A stretch of 64,000 nucleotides of DNA from Dehalococcoidia bacterium (GTDB taxonomy: Bacteria > Chloroflexota > Dehalococcoidia > Dehalococcoidales > UBA1222): contig QZJY01000016.1 of assembly GCA_003597995.1 (NCBI GenBank), positions 751-64,750 of the forward strand, read 5' to 3'. This document shows positions 45,561-53,725 of this stretch, one piece after another. Under the pieces are notes generated by a model. The model had not been told where the DNA came from. It was given only the letters and a program-made list of their open reading frames with translations, and made no database searches. Numbering within the stretch: position 1 is the first letter of the stretch; each line of letters begins with the position of its first letter. A program made the translations under genes and the position numbers.

Positions 45561-46459
45561 TTTTTCACTATCTGGTTATATGTATCAAATAGCTCCATTA
45601 ACTTAACCTCACGCATATTGGGGATAAATTGGCTTAATTCATAAATGTTCATTGCTATAAATTGTTGAATTTCAAAAAATTCAACCCTGTTCTCTATTCC
45701 CGCCGATTTGCTTAGGTATTGACCTATACTAACGCCAGCTGATGTTGTGACTACTAGTGGTTTGAGATTAGAATTAAGATTGGTTTTACATTTTGCAATC
45801 AGTTTCTCTGTTGGGGTCATCGTAACATGAATCGCTACATTACCGATAAGAAAGTCACCTGGCCTTTTTGAAGCCTCATCAGCGACAGAAAATCCAAATG
45901 TTTCTGGCGGTAATTTGGGCAAAGCTAATGTTAATTTCGCCCCCACCAAGTGTTGCATCATAGCACCTTGAATCATGAACCCAGCCGATTCTCGTTGCCT
46001 CTTTTCAGCTTGTTCCAAGACATCATTTACTATATTTGCTATTGACTTAGATGAGTCGAGGTGTAATTTAAAAGGTTTTGCAGCAAGATAGGCCTTTACT
46101 TGTGTAACCCACCATTTCTCAATATCCTTAAGGTCTTTGGCGCTCATCGGTTTATTTTTATTTAGTTGGTTGAGCCACTTAACATAGGTCTCCATTAAAC
46201 CCAAACTGCCCCTGTTGGTTCTTCCACCTTCGGATGAAAATGATTGGGTTATGCCGTAATCATTTAGAATATTCTGAATAGCTGGGCCGCTTAAACCTTT
46301 CACCTGCCCATGTTTTGCGGTTTTAAACTCGCTAGCTGTCAAAGGGAAAGTTTTCCCCATTGCAACACGAGTTATCACCAAAACTACTGAAAGAGACCCT
46401 TTGCTCGTTATTGTTGTATTTTGTTTAAACTTTTGAAGTGATTCCTGAATAGTAGGCAT
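45518..46459 (-). CDS. putative type II restriction endonuclease (possibly DUF4928-like) partnered with the adjacent C5-methyltransferase
   Basis: 313-aa AT-rich ORF overlapping both dcm (35 nt) and vsr (43 nt). The call rests on position only; no clear catalytic motif was seen. Confidence 0.4.
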   Translation of the reverse strand: MPTIQESLQKFKQNTTITSKGSLSVVLVITRVAMGKTFPLTASEFKTAKHGQVKGLSGPAIQNILNDYGITQSFSSEGGRTNRGSLGLMETYVKWLNQLNKNKPMSAKDLKDIEKWWVTQVKAYLAAKPFKLHLDSSKSIANIVNDVLEQAEKRQRESAGFMIQGAMMQHLVGAKLTLALPKLPPETFGFSVADEASKRPGDFLIGNVAIHVTMTPTEKLIAKCKTNLNSNLKPLVVTTSAGVSIGQYLSKSAGIENRVEFFEIQQFIAMNIYELSQFIPNMREVKLMELFDTYNQIVKKCEKDYTKLQIKLK

Positions 46460-47540
46460 ATGCTCTCCTCGCTAATGGAAGAAGTAACTCTTTGGCAATA
46501 AAGCGTGTGACCGGCAACGCTACGGCATCGCCCATAGCATTATAGCCATCATTAAAAGTACCAGGGATTTTATATGAATCAGGGACCCCCATTAATCTAG
46601 CCGCTTCTCTCACTGAAAGCAGCCTAACGTCAAGTCTGTTATTCCTTGCAATGATGATGAATTGGCGACTGCTTCCACCATTGGCTGTCCTCAAGCAACC
46701 CGAAATGTCATCCGCTCTAATCTCTAAAACCTGTTTATTATTGCGGATACGTCTATATCCGGGGAAAATATCCACTCCGGACAAAATCCCCGTGCGTATT
46801 TTGTCTTTATGGGTTCCGGGAATTAAGGAGATAATATCATCCGCTTTTTCGCTGGAATATATAGGAATGTCATAATCGATAAAATCAGATAACCTAGATG
46901 TTCGACGAGGTGGCTTTGGCATTTTCCACCAAATAACGTCTTTGAGCCCATCAAGTGCCCGAGTGACAGTGTTCGGGTGAAGCCAATTGGGTGAAACATC
47001 TGTTAAGCAATCTATTTCGATATCCTTTTGGACGCCAATAACAAAAATCCGCTTCCTCGATTGCGGTAGCCAGTTCAACGCGTCTAGTAAAATTGGGCCA
47101 ACGCGATAGCCTCTTGAGACTAGAGCCTGATGCAGGGCAACGTAATTTTTACCCTTTTCAGCTGATGTTAAACCAGACACATTTTCAGCAACTACAATCG
47201 GCGGTCGAACAGGCATGCGGTCCATTGCGTCGAGCCAAACCCAGAATAGCCCGCTCCGGCTGGCATTTATTCCCTCCTGCTTGCCAGCCACTGACAGGTC
47301 TTGACAAGGAAAACTTGCCCATGAAACAATTGCGAATGGAACCTGCGAGTCTAAATGAGTTTGAAGCGGGCCTAAATGAAAGACTGACTTATTCTGATTG
47401 CTATTGTAGATATTGCCTTTCTGCTCGGATATATCATTCGCCCAAACCGTGTAAAAGTATGGTTTGACGCCTTCAGTAACAAGGCCGCTGCCAGCAAAAA
47501 AATCCAAAAAAGGAAAAGTTTCATCAACGATGACAGTCAA
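46425..47540 (-). CDS. dcm: DNA (cytosine-5)-methyltransferase
   Basis: 371 aa with a TTG start and motifs I FAGSGL, IV PCQDLS, VI ENV, VIII QSRKR and X GDAV. Confidence 0.9.
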   Translation of the reverse strand: MTVIVDETFPFLDFFAGSGLVTEGVKPYFYTVWANDISEQKGNIYNSNQNKSVFHLGPLQTHLDSQVPFAIVSWASFPCQDLSVAGKQEGINASRSGLFWVWLDAMDRMPVRPPIVVAENVSGLTSAEKGKNYVALHQALVSRGYRVGPILLDALNWLPQSRKRIFVIGVQKDIEIDCLTDVSPNWLHPNTVTRALDGLKDVIWWKMPKPPRRTSRLSDFIDYDIPIYSSEKADDIISLIPGTHKDKIRTGILSGVDIFPGYRRIRNNKQVLEIRADDISGCLRTANGGSSRQFIIIARNNRLDVRLLSVREAARLMGVPDSYKIPGTFNDGYNAMGDAVALPVTRFIAKELLLPLARRAYAYYSGITSKV

Positions 47541-47640
47541 ATAACCACCGCCACATTGAAAGTATATAAGACATCGTATATTAATTTGGTTAATGAGGCA
47601 AGCCCCTACCTCGTTATATAGGGTAGAATATATAGCCGTT

Positions 47641-47751
47641 ATGAACGATAAAACATTTCATATTCTCTCCCTCGGTTGCGCCAAGAACACCGTCGATGCG
47701 GATTCCATGGCGCAGCTTGAACCCTACTTCTCGTTCTTCACCAAACCGTGA
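47641..47751 (+). pseudogene. relic 5' end of a rimO/miaB-type methylthiotransferase gene
   Basis: ATG..MNDKTFHILSLGCAKNTVDADSMAQL matches the UPF0004 N-terminus. The frame closes after 36 codons and no continuation exists in any frame. Confidence 0.55.
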
Positions 47752-47910
47752 CAAACACCCCTCGACTTTCTCCTTGTCGGGTGTGCTGTTCTCCGTTTCA
47801 CTCAACCTGTGCTGCTCTGGCCAGCTGCGAAGCTTTGTGATAAAAGTCGCTTTACCCCTCATTCCGAATTGTTATCCTGACTTCATAGAAAGATAAAAAG
47901 GAGTGAGAAA

Positions 47911-48132
47911 ATGGTTGAACTGGACATAAGACAGGTAACGCCGTTTGAGAGGCACGGGTTGATAATGAAAACATGGGATAACCTGAAAGCGGGCGAAATT
48001 CTGCAAATTACCAACGACCATGACCCCAAACCTCTGCATTACCAGTTCGACGCCGAGTATAAGGGGCAGTTCGAGTGGAAGTACGAGCAGAGCGGCCCTA
48101 AGGATTGGGTCGTTACCATCAAGCGGGTATAG
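47911..48132 (+). CDS. DUF2249 domain protein
   Basis: 73 aa with LDIRQV..RHGLIMKTWDNLKAGEILQITNDHDPKPL, paired with a hemerythrin gene as is usual for this family. Confidence 0.6.
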   Translation: MVELDIRQVTPFERHGLIMKTWDNLKAGEILQITNDHDPKPLHYQFDAEYKGQFEWKYEQSGPKDWVVTIKRV

Positions 48133-48147
48133 GCGGGAAGGTGTCCG

Positions 48148-48648
48148 ATGAATAGTAAGGTGAGCGCAGTCCAGCCGTTAATAGACGAACACCGGCAGGT
48201 GCTGGTGAAACTCGACGCCCTGGAAGCTATTTTTAAGAACCTCGAGCGCAAAGAGGAAAATGCCGCCGGATTAAAAGAGCTCATGGCCTTTTTCGAGAAG
48301 GCTTTCTGGGTGCACTTCGATAAAGAAGAGCAGGCGCTTTTCCCGGAGTTCGATAGTTTTATGCCGCACGGCGCCGGGCCGCTGGCGGTGATGATTGAAG
48401 AGCATGGTGTTCTCAGGGATACCAACGAGGTTTTACAGGAGGCGGTGGCCCGCTACCTCGGGGACGGGGATAACGCGCCGACCAGAAGGACCATCGAGGA
48501 AAGCGGCATGCATTTCATCGAGTTTTTAAGGGGGCATATTTTCAAGGAAGACAGGATGTTCCCGCAACTGGCGGACATGCACCTGGGAGAGAGTCAGAAT
48601 GCCAGGGTTCTGGCGCTTTTTGCGAAGATGGAGCAATCGTCAGAATAA
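48148..48648 (+). CDS. hemerythrin HHE cation-binding domain protein
   Basis: 166 aa with spaced His/Glu ligand motifs (DEHRQ, HFDKEE, EEHG, HIFKED). Confidence 0.65.
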   Translation: MNSKVSAVQPLIDEHRQVLVKLDALEAIFKNLERKEENAAGLKELMAFFEKAFWVHFDKEEQALFPEFDSFMPHGAGPLAVMIEEHGVLRDTNEVLQEAVARYLGDGDNAPTRRTIEESGMHFIEFLRGHIFKEDRMFPQLADMHLGESQNARVLALFAKMEQSSE

Positions 48649-48699
48649 GTCGCCATGAGTTGTATACAGTTCAAAAAGTAAATTTGTTTGTCCTCCGGA

Positions 48700-49260
48700 C
48701 TAGCGCGGTGTTTCCTCTCCCCTCCGTGGGAGAGGATTGAAGGTGAGGGGGTATTCACGAACTCTTACCTCACTGTTATCTCTCCTGCAAGGGGCGAGGT
48801 GATTTAAAAAGGGCGACCGGCCGGTCGCCCCTACGCCAACCATCTTGTACTGGGCACAGCATGCTGTGCCCCTACCTCGGCAAACATGACAAACACCCCT
48901 TGACCTCCCCCTCTCCCCATGTGCTATCCTGTTTCTCTATCTTCTGGTATCTTTTGCGCCGCCTTTAACAACCCGCCCTCCCGACGAATACGATTCAGGC
49001 ACAGGCGCCCAATTCGAATATGTCCATAACGGACCAAACGAAGCCCTTTTGGCAAAACGACTCCGTGCCTGCGCCGCGCCTGAACAACCTTGTTCGTCCC
49101 CTTGAAGAAGACCCCCAAAAAACGAAAACGAATCGGTGGGTATTGTAGCGGCAACCGGCCGGTTGCCACCACGACAGAAGAGAGAAGAAAGGTTGTCCCC
49201 TCACCCCTCCAGATGCTTCAGCCATCCTTTATGGCTTCCAGCATGACAACCCGGCCTCCA
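48700..49260. repeat. largest intergenic cluster of GC-rich hairpin modules (about 560 bp without a credible gene)
   Basis: Contains cctctcccc-tccgt-gggagagg, gggcgaccggccggtcgccc, gcggcaaccggccggttgcc, ggcacagcatgctgtgcc and a 38-nt-family unit at 49209-49246. Confidence 0.8.
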
Positions 49261-49289
49261 TGACACCCCCGCCCTTGTGATGTTATAAT
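49261..49289 (+). promoter_or_regulatory. promoter of hisA with extended -10
   Basis: TGACAC (49261-49266), a 17-nt spacer, then TGTTATAAT (49281-49289). Confidence 0.55.
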
Positions 49290-49319
49290 GTTCTCCATTC
49301 TCGTTTGAGGTGAATTCCG

Positions 49320-50036
49320 ATAGAAGTCATTCCGGCCATAGACCTGCGCGGCGGCAAGTGCGTGCGCCTTTACCAGGGCGATTTCAACATGGAGACGGTC
49401 TTCTCCGACGACCCGCTGGACATGGCGCTTCAGTGGCAGTCGCTGGGCGCCACGCGCCTGCACATCGTTGACCTGGACGGGGCCGCCACCGGCGAGCCGG
49501 GCAATCTGGACATTATCTCCCGCATCGCCTCGACCGTCTTCGTCCCCATAGAGGTGGGCGGAGGCATCCGCACCGTCGCCACCATGGAAAAGCTGCTCAA
49601 GATAGGCGCCGACCGCATGGTGCTGGGTACCTCGGCGGTGAAGCACCCCGAGATGATACAGGAGGCCTGCCGCAAATTCTGCCAGGCCATCGTCGTCTCC
49701 ATAGACGCGAGGGGCGGTTTCGTGGCTACCCACGGCTGGCAGCAGGCGACGGAACTATCCGTGGCGAGCTTCGCCCGCTCCATGGTGGACCTGGGCGTAA
49801 GGCGTTTTGTCTATACCGACATCGGGCGCGACGGCACGCTCACCGAGCCCAACTTCTCCGGCCTGTTCGAGCTGATAGACACCACCAAGTTCCCGGTCAT
49901 TGCCTCCGGGGGCATCTCTTCCATTCTGCACCTCAAGCTGCTCAAGAAGCTGGGGGCGGAGGGGGCCATCATCGGGCGGGCGCTCTACACCGGGGCCATC
50001 AACCTGACGCAGGCGCTGGCCGCGGTAGAATCCTGA
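49320..50036 (+). CDS. hisA: ProFAR isomerase HisA; start codon apparently non-canonical (ATA 49320 or ATT 49329)
   Basis: The conserved IPAIDLRGGKCVRLYQGD begins 6 codons after an in-frame TGA at 49311. The first canonical start (GTG 49362) would delete the catalytic Asp region. GAGGTGA lies 6 nt upstream of the ATA. Confidence 0.8.
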   Translation: MEVIPAIDLRGGKCVRLYQGDFNMETVFSDDPLDMALQWQSLGATRLHIVDLDGAATGEPGNLDIISRIASTVFVPIEVGGGIRTVATMEKLLKIGADRMVLGTSAVKHPEMIQEACRKFCQAIVVSIDARGGFVATHGWQQATELSVASFARSMVDLGVRRFVYTDIGRDGTLTEPNFSGLFELIDTTKFPVIASGGISSILHLKLLKKLGAEGAIIGRALYTGAINLTQALAAVES

Positions 50037-50040
50037 GCGT

Positions 50041-50310
50041 CGTTGCGAGTCCGCCGCAGGCGGGCGAAGCAATCTCATGGCATTGTCAGACAGAGTCTGT
50101 TAGGAAGTGAAGAATCCCTCTCTCATCTCCCTTTTCCGAAGGGAGATGGCTCCACCTCTCGCAGAGGAGTAAAGATGTAATTTGTTTCCTCTCCCTTGAG
50201 GGGAGAGGATTAAAAGCCTGCACTGAGCGAAGCGAATGTGTGAGGGTGAGATTCAGGCTAAAACTCTACCCCTCACTCTTATCTCTCCCCCAAGGGGAGA
50301 GAGGAGGGTC
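50041..50310. repeat. GC-rich hairpin cluster in the hisA-hisI spacer
   Basis: Contains gtccgcc-gcag-gcgggc, atctccc-ttttccgaa-gggagat, cctctccc-ttga-ggggagagg and gtgaggg..ccctcac. Confidence 0.75.
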
Positions 50311-50313
50311 TGG

Positions 50314-50643
50314 ATGCTTAACATAAAATGGGATGAAAAGGGGCTGGTGCCCGCTATTATACAGGACGCCGAATTCAATGACGTCCTGATGCTGGGATAC
50401 ATGAACGCCGAGGCACTTAAGCTGACGCTGGAGAGTGGGCATGCCTGGTTCTGGAGCCGCAGCCGCCAGGAGCTATGGCACAAGGGCGCAACGAGCGGCA
50501 ACTACCTTGAGGTGGTCGAGGTGCGGTACGACTGCGATATCGACGCCATACTCGTAAAGGCCAAACCCAGAGGCCCCACCTGCCACACCGGCGAGCGTAG
50601 CTGCTTTTATCGCCGCCTTATGATAGAGGATCTGGCGGAGTAG
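50314..50643 (+). CDS. hisI: phosphoribosyl-AMP cyclohydrolase
   Basis: Starts [18 protein letters not shown] and has [16 protein letters not shown] metal ligands. The ORF track start at 50236 is translated repeat. Confidence 0.9.
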   Translation: MLNIKWDEKGLVPAIIQDAEFNDVLMLGYMNAEALKLTLESGHAWFWSRSRQELWHKGATSGNYLEVVEVRYDCDIDAILVKAKPRGPTCHTGERSCFYRRLMIEDLAE

Positions 50644-50644
50644 A

Positions 50645-50760
50645 GTAATCCTGTCGTTCTGAGGAGTCCGCCGAGGCGGACGACGTGAGAACCACGAGGC
50701 GGGGGGGCTTCCCCTCCCTGAGATTCTTCGCTCGCTATGCTCTCTCAGAATGACAGACTG
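50645..50760. repeat. GC-rich hairpin modules
   Basis: Contains gtccgcc-gag-gcggac and cattctgagagagc-type words shared with other sites. Confidence 0.5.
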
Positions 50761-50761
50761 A

Positions 50762-51712
50762 CTAGGTCAGAGGGTCTTCCGGAGCAGGCGACGGCACAGG
50801 CTCGGCGGGGATAACCCCGTCAGCTATCAGCACTTCTTTGAGGGCGGCGATGGCTACCTCCACCATTTTGTCGTCCGGTTGTTTCGTGGTGAGGCTCTGC
50901 AGCCACAAGCCGGGCGCCACCAGCCATTTTATAAAGATGTTATCCATGTGACGCGCGCCGTACTGCGTTACCTCGTAGGCGATGGCGGCGATGACGGGTA
51001 AAAGCAGGATGCGCGAGGCTATCAGCCACCACCATGTCTGCTTGCCCACCAGGCTGAATACCAGAATGGCGATGAGCATCACCGCCAGCAGGAAGGCCGT
51101 GCCGCAGCGGGCATGGGCGGTGGTATATTTCTGCACGTTTTCGGGTGTCAGTTCGACGCCCGCCTCGTAAGCGTGGATGGTCTTGTGCTCCGCGCCGTGA
51201 TATGAGAAAACGCGCCGGATGTCCGGCATAAAACCCACGCCCCACAGGTAAGCCAGGAAAATGGCCAGGCGGATGACCCCCTCCAACAGGTTGAAGGGAA
51301 GGCTGCCCTGCATGCCCGGCATGAGCCACTTGGACAGGAACAGCGGCAGGATGGAAAACAGCCCGATGGAGAATGCCAGCGAAGCCAGCATCACCAGCCA
51401 GAGGGTGGCCCCGCCGAGCTTGGTGCTTTCCTTTTTAACCTCGCCGGGTTTGGGTTCGTCTGTATCTTCGAGCGCGACATTGGTGGAGAAGATGAGCGAC
51501 TGCGTGCCCAGTATCATCGCCTCCAGCAAGGCGATGACGCCGCGCGTAAAGGGTACCCGGCGCCAGCGCCCGGTGTAGATGGAGTGTAAAGGGTGGACGT
51601 CTTTAGCCAGCGTGCCGTTGGGACGTCTGACCACCGTGGCGATGGTCTTGGCCCCGCGCATCATGACCCCTTCCATCACCGCCTGGCCGCCGTATCTGAA
51701 TTTCTCCGCCAT
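50762..51712 (-). CDS. DUF1385 family membrane protein (YqhQ-like)
   Basis: Starts MAEKFRYGGQAVMEGVMMRG and carries the SYHGAEHK motif. It sits next to rpmE, as is common. Confidence 0.7.
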   Translation of the reverse strand: MAEKFRYGGQAVMEGVMMRGAKTIATVVRRPNGTLAKDVHPLHSIYTGRWRRVPFTRGVIALLEAMILGTQSLIFSTNVALEDTDEPKPGEVKKESTKLGGATLWLVMLASLAFSIGLFSILPLFLSKWLMPGMQGSLPFNLLEGVIRLAIFLAYLWGVGFMPDIRRVFSYHGAEHKTIHAYEAGVELTPENVQKYTTAHARCGTAFLLAVMLIAILVFSLVGKQTWWWLIASRILLLPVIAAIAYEVTQYGARHMDNIFIKWLVAPGLWLQSLTTKQPDDKMVEVAIAALKEVLIADGVIPAEPVPSPAPEDPLT

Positions 51713-51782
51713 AGCGTTTCTCTCCAAACAAAAAGGAGCGGACACAAGCCCGCTCCTTTTACCGTCTAATCCAGAACCCGCC

Positions 51783-51992
51783 CTACTTGGCTTCTTTGGC
51801 GTAGCGTTGCTTGAAGCGCTCTACGCGGCCGGCGGTGTCAACCATGCGCTTGCTGCCGGTGTAGAAGGGGTGGCAGGCGCTGCAAAGCTCGACCTTGAGC
51901 GTCTTGCGCGTTGAACCGGTGGTGAAGGTGGCCCCACAGGAGCAGGTGACCTGCGCGTCAGCGAAATATTTGGGATGAATCTTTTCTTTCAT
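51783..51992 (-). CDS. rpmE: 50S ribosomal protein L31
   Basis: 69 aa with MKEKIHPKY and [14 protein letters not shown]. Confidence 0.95.
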   Translation of the reverse strand: MKEKIHPKYFADAQVTCSCGATFTTGSTRKTLKVELCSACHPFYTGSKRMVDTAGRVERFKQRYAKEAK

Positions 51993-51995
51993 ATG

Positions 51996-52253
51996 CTAGC
52001 TCTCAGCGTAAACGCTGACCTTTCTGCGGTTCTTGCCGGCGGGCTCGAACTTGACCGCGCCGTCGATGGTGGCGAAGATGGTGTGGTCGCGCCCGATGCC
52101 GACGTTATTGCCGGCCTTGACGTGCGTGCCCATCTGGCGCACCAGTATGGTGCCGGAAGTGACGTTCTCGCCGCCGAAGCGCTTGATGCCCAGCATCTTG
52201 GGCTTGCTGTCGCGGCCGTTGCGGGATGAGCCCGCGCCTTTCTTATGAGCCAT
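51996..52253 (-). CDS. rpmA: 50S ribosomal protein L27
   Basis: 85 aa starting [16 protein letters not shown]. Confidence 0.97.
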   Translation of the reverse strand: MAHKKGAGSSRNGRDSKPKMLGIKRFGGENVTSGTILVRQMGTHVKAGNNVGIGRDHTIFATIDGAVKFEPAGKNRRKVSVYAES

Positions 52254-52775
52254 TTACTTTTCCTCTTTCTTGGTGGTGCGGCGGGGCTTGGCGGCCGGTT
52301 TCTCGGCAGCTACGGCGGGCTCCTCGGCTTTCACCGCGCGCCGGCGGGGCTTTGCCGCTGGCTTCTCAGTCCCTGCGGCTACCGCGGTCTCCTCTGTCTT
52401 TTCGGCTTTGGCAGCCTTCCTGGGTTTTTCGGCCATTATGCCTGGCCCGCTGATGCTATCGATAGTGAGCTCGGTAAAGGATTGTCTGTGGCCGATTTTT
52501 CGGCTGTAGCGCGTCTTGGCCTTGTACTTCATGCCGAAGACCTTGACGCCGCGTCCGTCGCCTTTGGATGTGCACGAAACTTTGGCGCCCTCGATGAGGG
52601 GTTTGCCCCAAACGAGCTTGTCGCCGTCGCTGATAGCCAGCACGCGGTCGAGCTCGATGGTGCCGCCCTCGGCGACTTCCAGAGACTCAACCTTCAGGCT
52701 CTCGCCCGGGCTGACCTTATATTGTTTACCCCCGGTTTCAATTATGGCGTAAATAGTAACACCTCCGCTTGACAA
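52254..52775 (-). CDS. rplU: 50S ribosomal protein L21 with a roughly 65-aa Ala/Lys/Pro/Glu-rich C-terminal extension
   Basis: YAIIETGGKQYKV core. The start is ambiguous: either TTG at 52775, 6 nt after the -10 box, or ATT at 52754 behind GGAGGTG. Confidence 0.9.
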   Translation of the reverse strand: MSSGGVTIYAIIETGGKQYKVSPGESLKVESLEVAEGGTIELDRVLAISDGDKLVWGKPLIEGAKVSCTSKGDGRGVKVFGMKYKAKTRYSRKIGHRQSFTELTIDSISGPGIMAEKPRKAAKAEKTEETAVAAGTEKPAAKPRRRAVKAEEPAVAAEKPAAKPRRTTKKEEK

Positions 52776-52781
52776 AGGTTA

Positions 52782-52790
52782 ATTATAGCA
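52782..52790 (-). promoter_or_regulatory. extended -10 promoter (TGCTATAAT) of rplU-rpmA
   Basis: On the minus strand: TGCTATAAT, then 6 nt (taacct), then the TTG codon at 52775. Confidence 0.5.
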
Positions 52791-52829
52791 AAGGTGCGGG
52801 GGAGGGTCAAATGGGGTGGGAGTGTGGGG

Positions 52830-52915
52830 CGTGTCTTTGCGAGCCCCGATACTCTTGAGCCTGCACTGAGCACTTTGTCCGCTCAGTGTAAACTCCGCGA
52901 AAGTGGGCAATCTCG
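52830..52915. repeat. GC-rich repeat words (gcctgcactgagc..gctcagtg)
   Basis: Shares gcctgcactgagc with 50216-50228. Confidence 0.45.
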
Positions 52916-53035
52916 GATATTTCATCCGTCGATAGGATTGTAATTGGTGCGAGAATCACCTCGTTATCTGGTTCACTGTATAACTCACTTCTTTCAGAAC
53001 GAGTTCATTGGTGTGGTATGCCCATACCGGCCCCG

Positions 53036-53281
53036 CTAATGGGTGCTTGCCGGGCTCGAATGTCCAGTAGCCGTTAAAATACAGGCTACGCGGCTCCGGC
53101 AATCATAAGTTACCGCGTAGTACCGATCCGGCCAGACATTATCCGAGAGAACAATCTCATAACGTATTTCGACAGGCATGTAGGCTGTTCTATCGTGGCG
53201 GTGGATCTGGATACCGGAAACGGCAGCGGAGAGGAAAATTACCATGGGCAAGGCCATTGCCCTGATGATGAACTTATCCAT
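53036..53281 (-). CDS. hypothetical small secreted protein
   Basis: 81-aa ORF with an N-terminal signal-like segment (MALPMVIFLSAAVSG). No family recognised. Confidence 0.3.
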   Translation of the reverse strand: MDKFIIRAMALPMVIFLSAAVSGIQIHRHDRTAYMPVEIRYEIVLSDNVWPDRYYAVTYDCRSRVACILTATGHSSPASTH

Positions 53282-53314
53282 TTTTGTCTTGATTCTTTAA
53301 GCGTGTCGAGATTC

Positions 53315-53725
53315 TCAAGCTGACAGGCCGGGGTCGCCGCCTTCGCTCCGCAGCAACTGTATGGACGGCCTGTACTCCGCCGAGGCATCCGGCGATTCCC
53401 AAACCGCGATGGAGTAAAGCTTGACGCCCGGCAGCTTTTTCTGAAGCTCGGCGTAGATTGTCGCCGCGATATTCTCCGATGACGGGTTGATGGTGTTGAA
53501 GGGCGCCACCTCGTTCAGGTGGGTATGGTCGAAGCGCTCCAGCACCTCGTTCAATTTCGCCTTCAGTTCGCGGAAGTCGAACGCCAGGCCTATCTCATTC
53601 AGTTTGGAGGTGCGCAGCCGAGCCACCACGCGGAAACGGTGGCCGTGCAGGTTCTCGCACTTGCCCTGATACCCTCTTAGCGCGTGCGCCGCGTCGAAGT
53701 GCTGCTCAACCGTTATCTGGTACAT
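53315..53725 (-). CDS. 6-pyruvoyl-tetrahydropterin synthase / QueD family protein
   Basis: 136 aa with FDAAHAL..GKCENLHGHRF (CxxxHGH). It overlaps folK by 20 nt. Confidence 0.85.
   Translation of the reverse strand: MYQITVEQHFDAAHALRGYQGKCENLHGHRFRVVARLRTSKLNEIGLAFDFRELKAKLNEVLERFDHTHLNEVAPFNTINPSSENIAATIYAELQKKLPGVKLYSIAVWESPDASAEYRPSIQLLRSEGGDPGLSA

Noticed and set aside
45099-47591. Calling the RM island, or any other islet, a mobile element.
   Set aside because: No integrase, transposase, tRNA-adjacent att site or long terminal inverted repeat was found. Only a 9-bp direct repeat is present, which could be chance (roughly 1 percent by a rough estimate).
47614-47862. 82-aa minus-strand ORF next to the RM island.
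   Set aside because: It is antisense to the rimO-like relic, with no RBS or motifs.
48700-49260. Possibility that the dense short palindromic repeats form a CRISPR array.
   Set aside because: There is no constant direct repeat with regularly sized unique spacers. The modules differ, occur in both orientations and are scattered over at least 15 loci. No cas genes are present.
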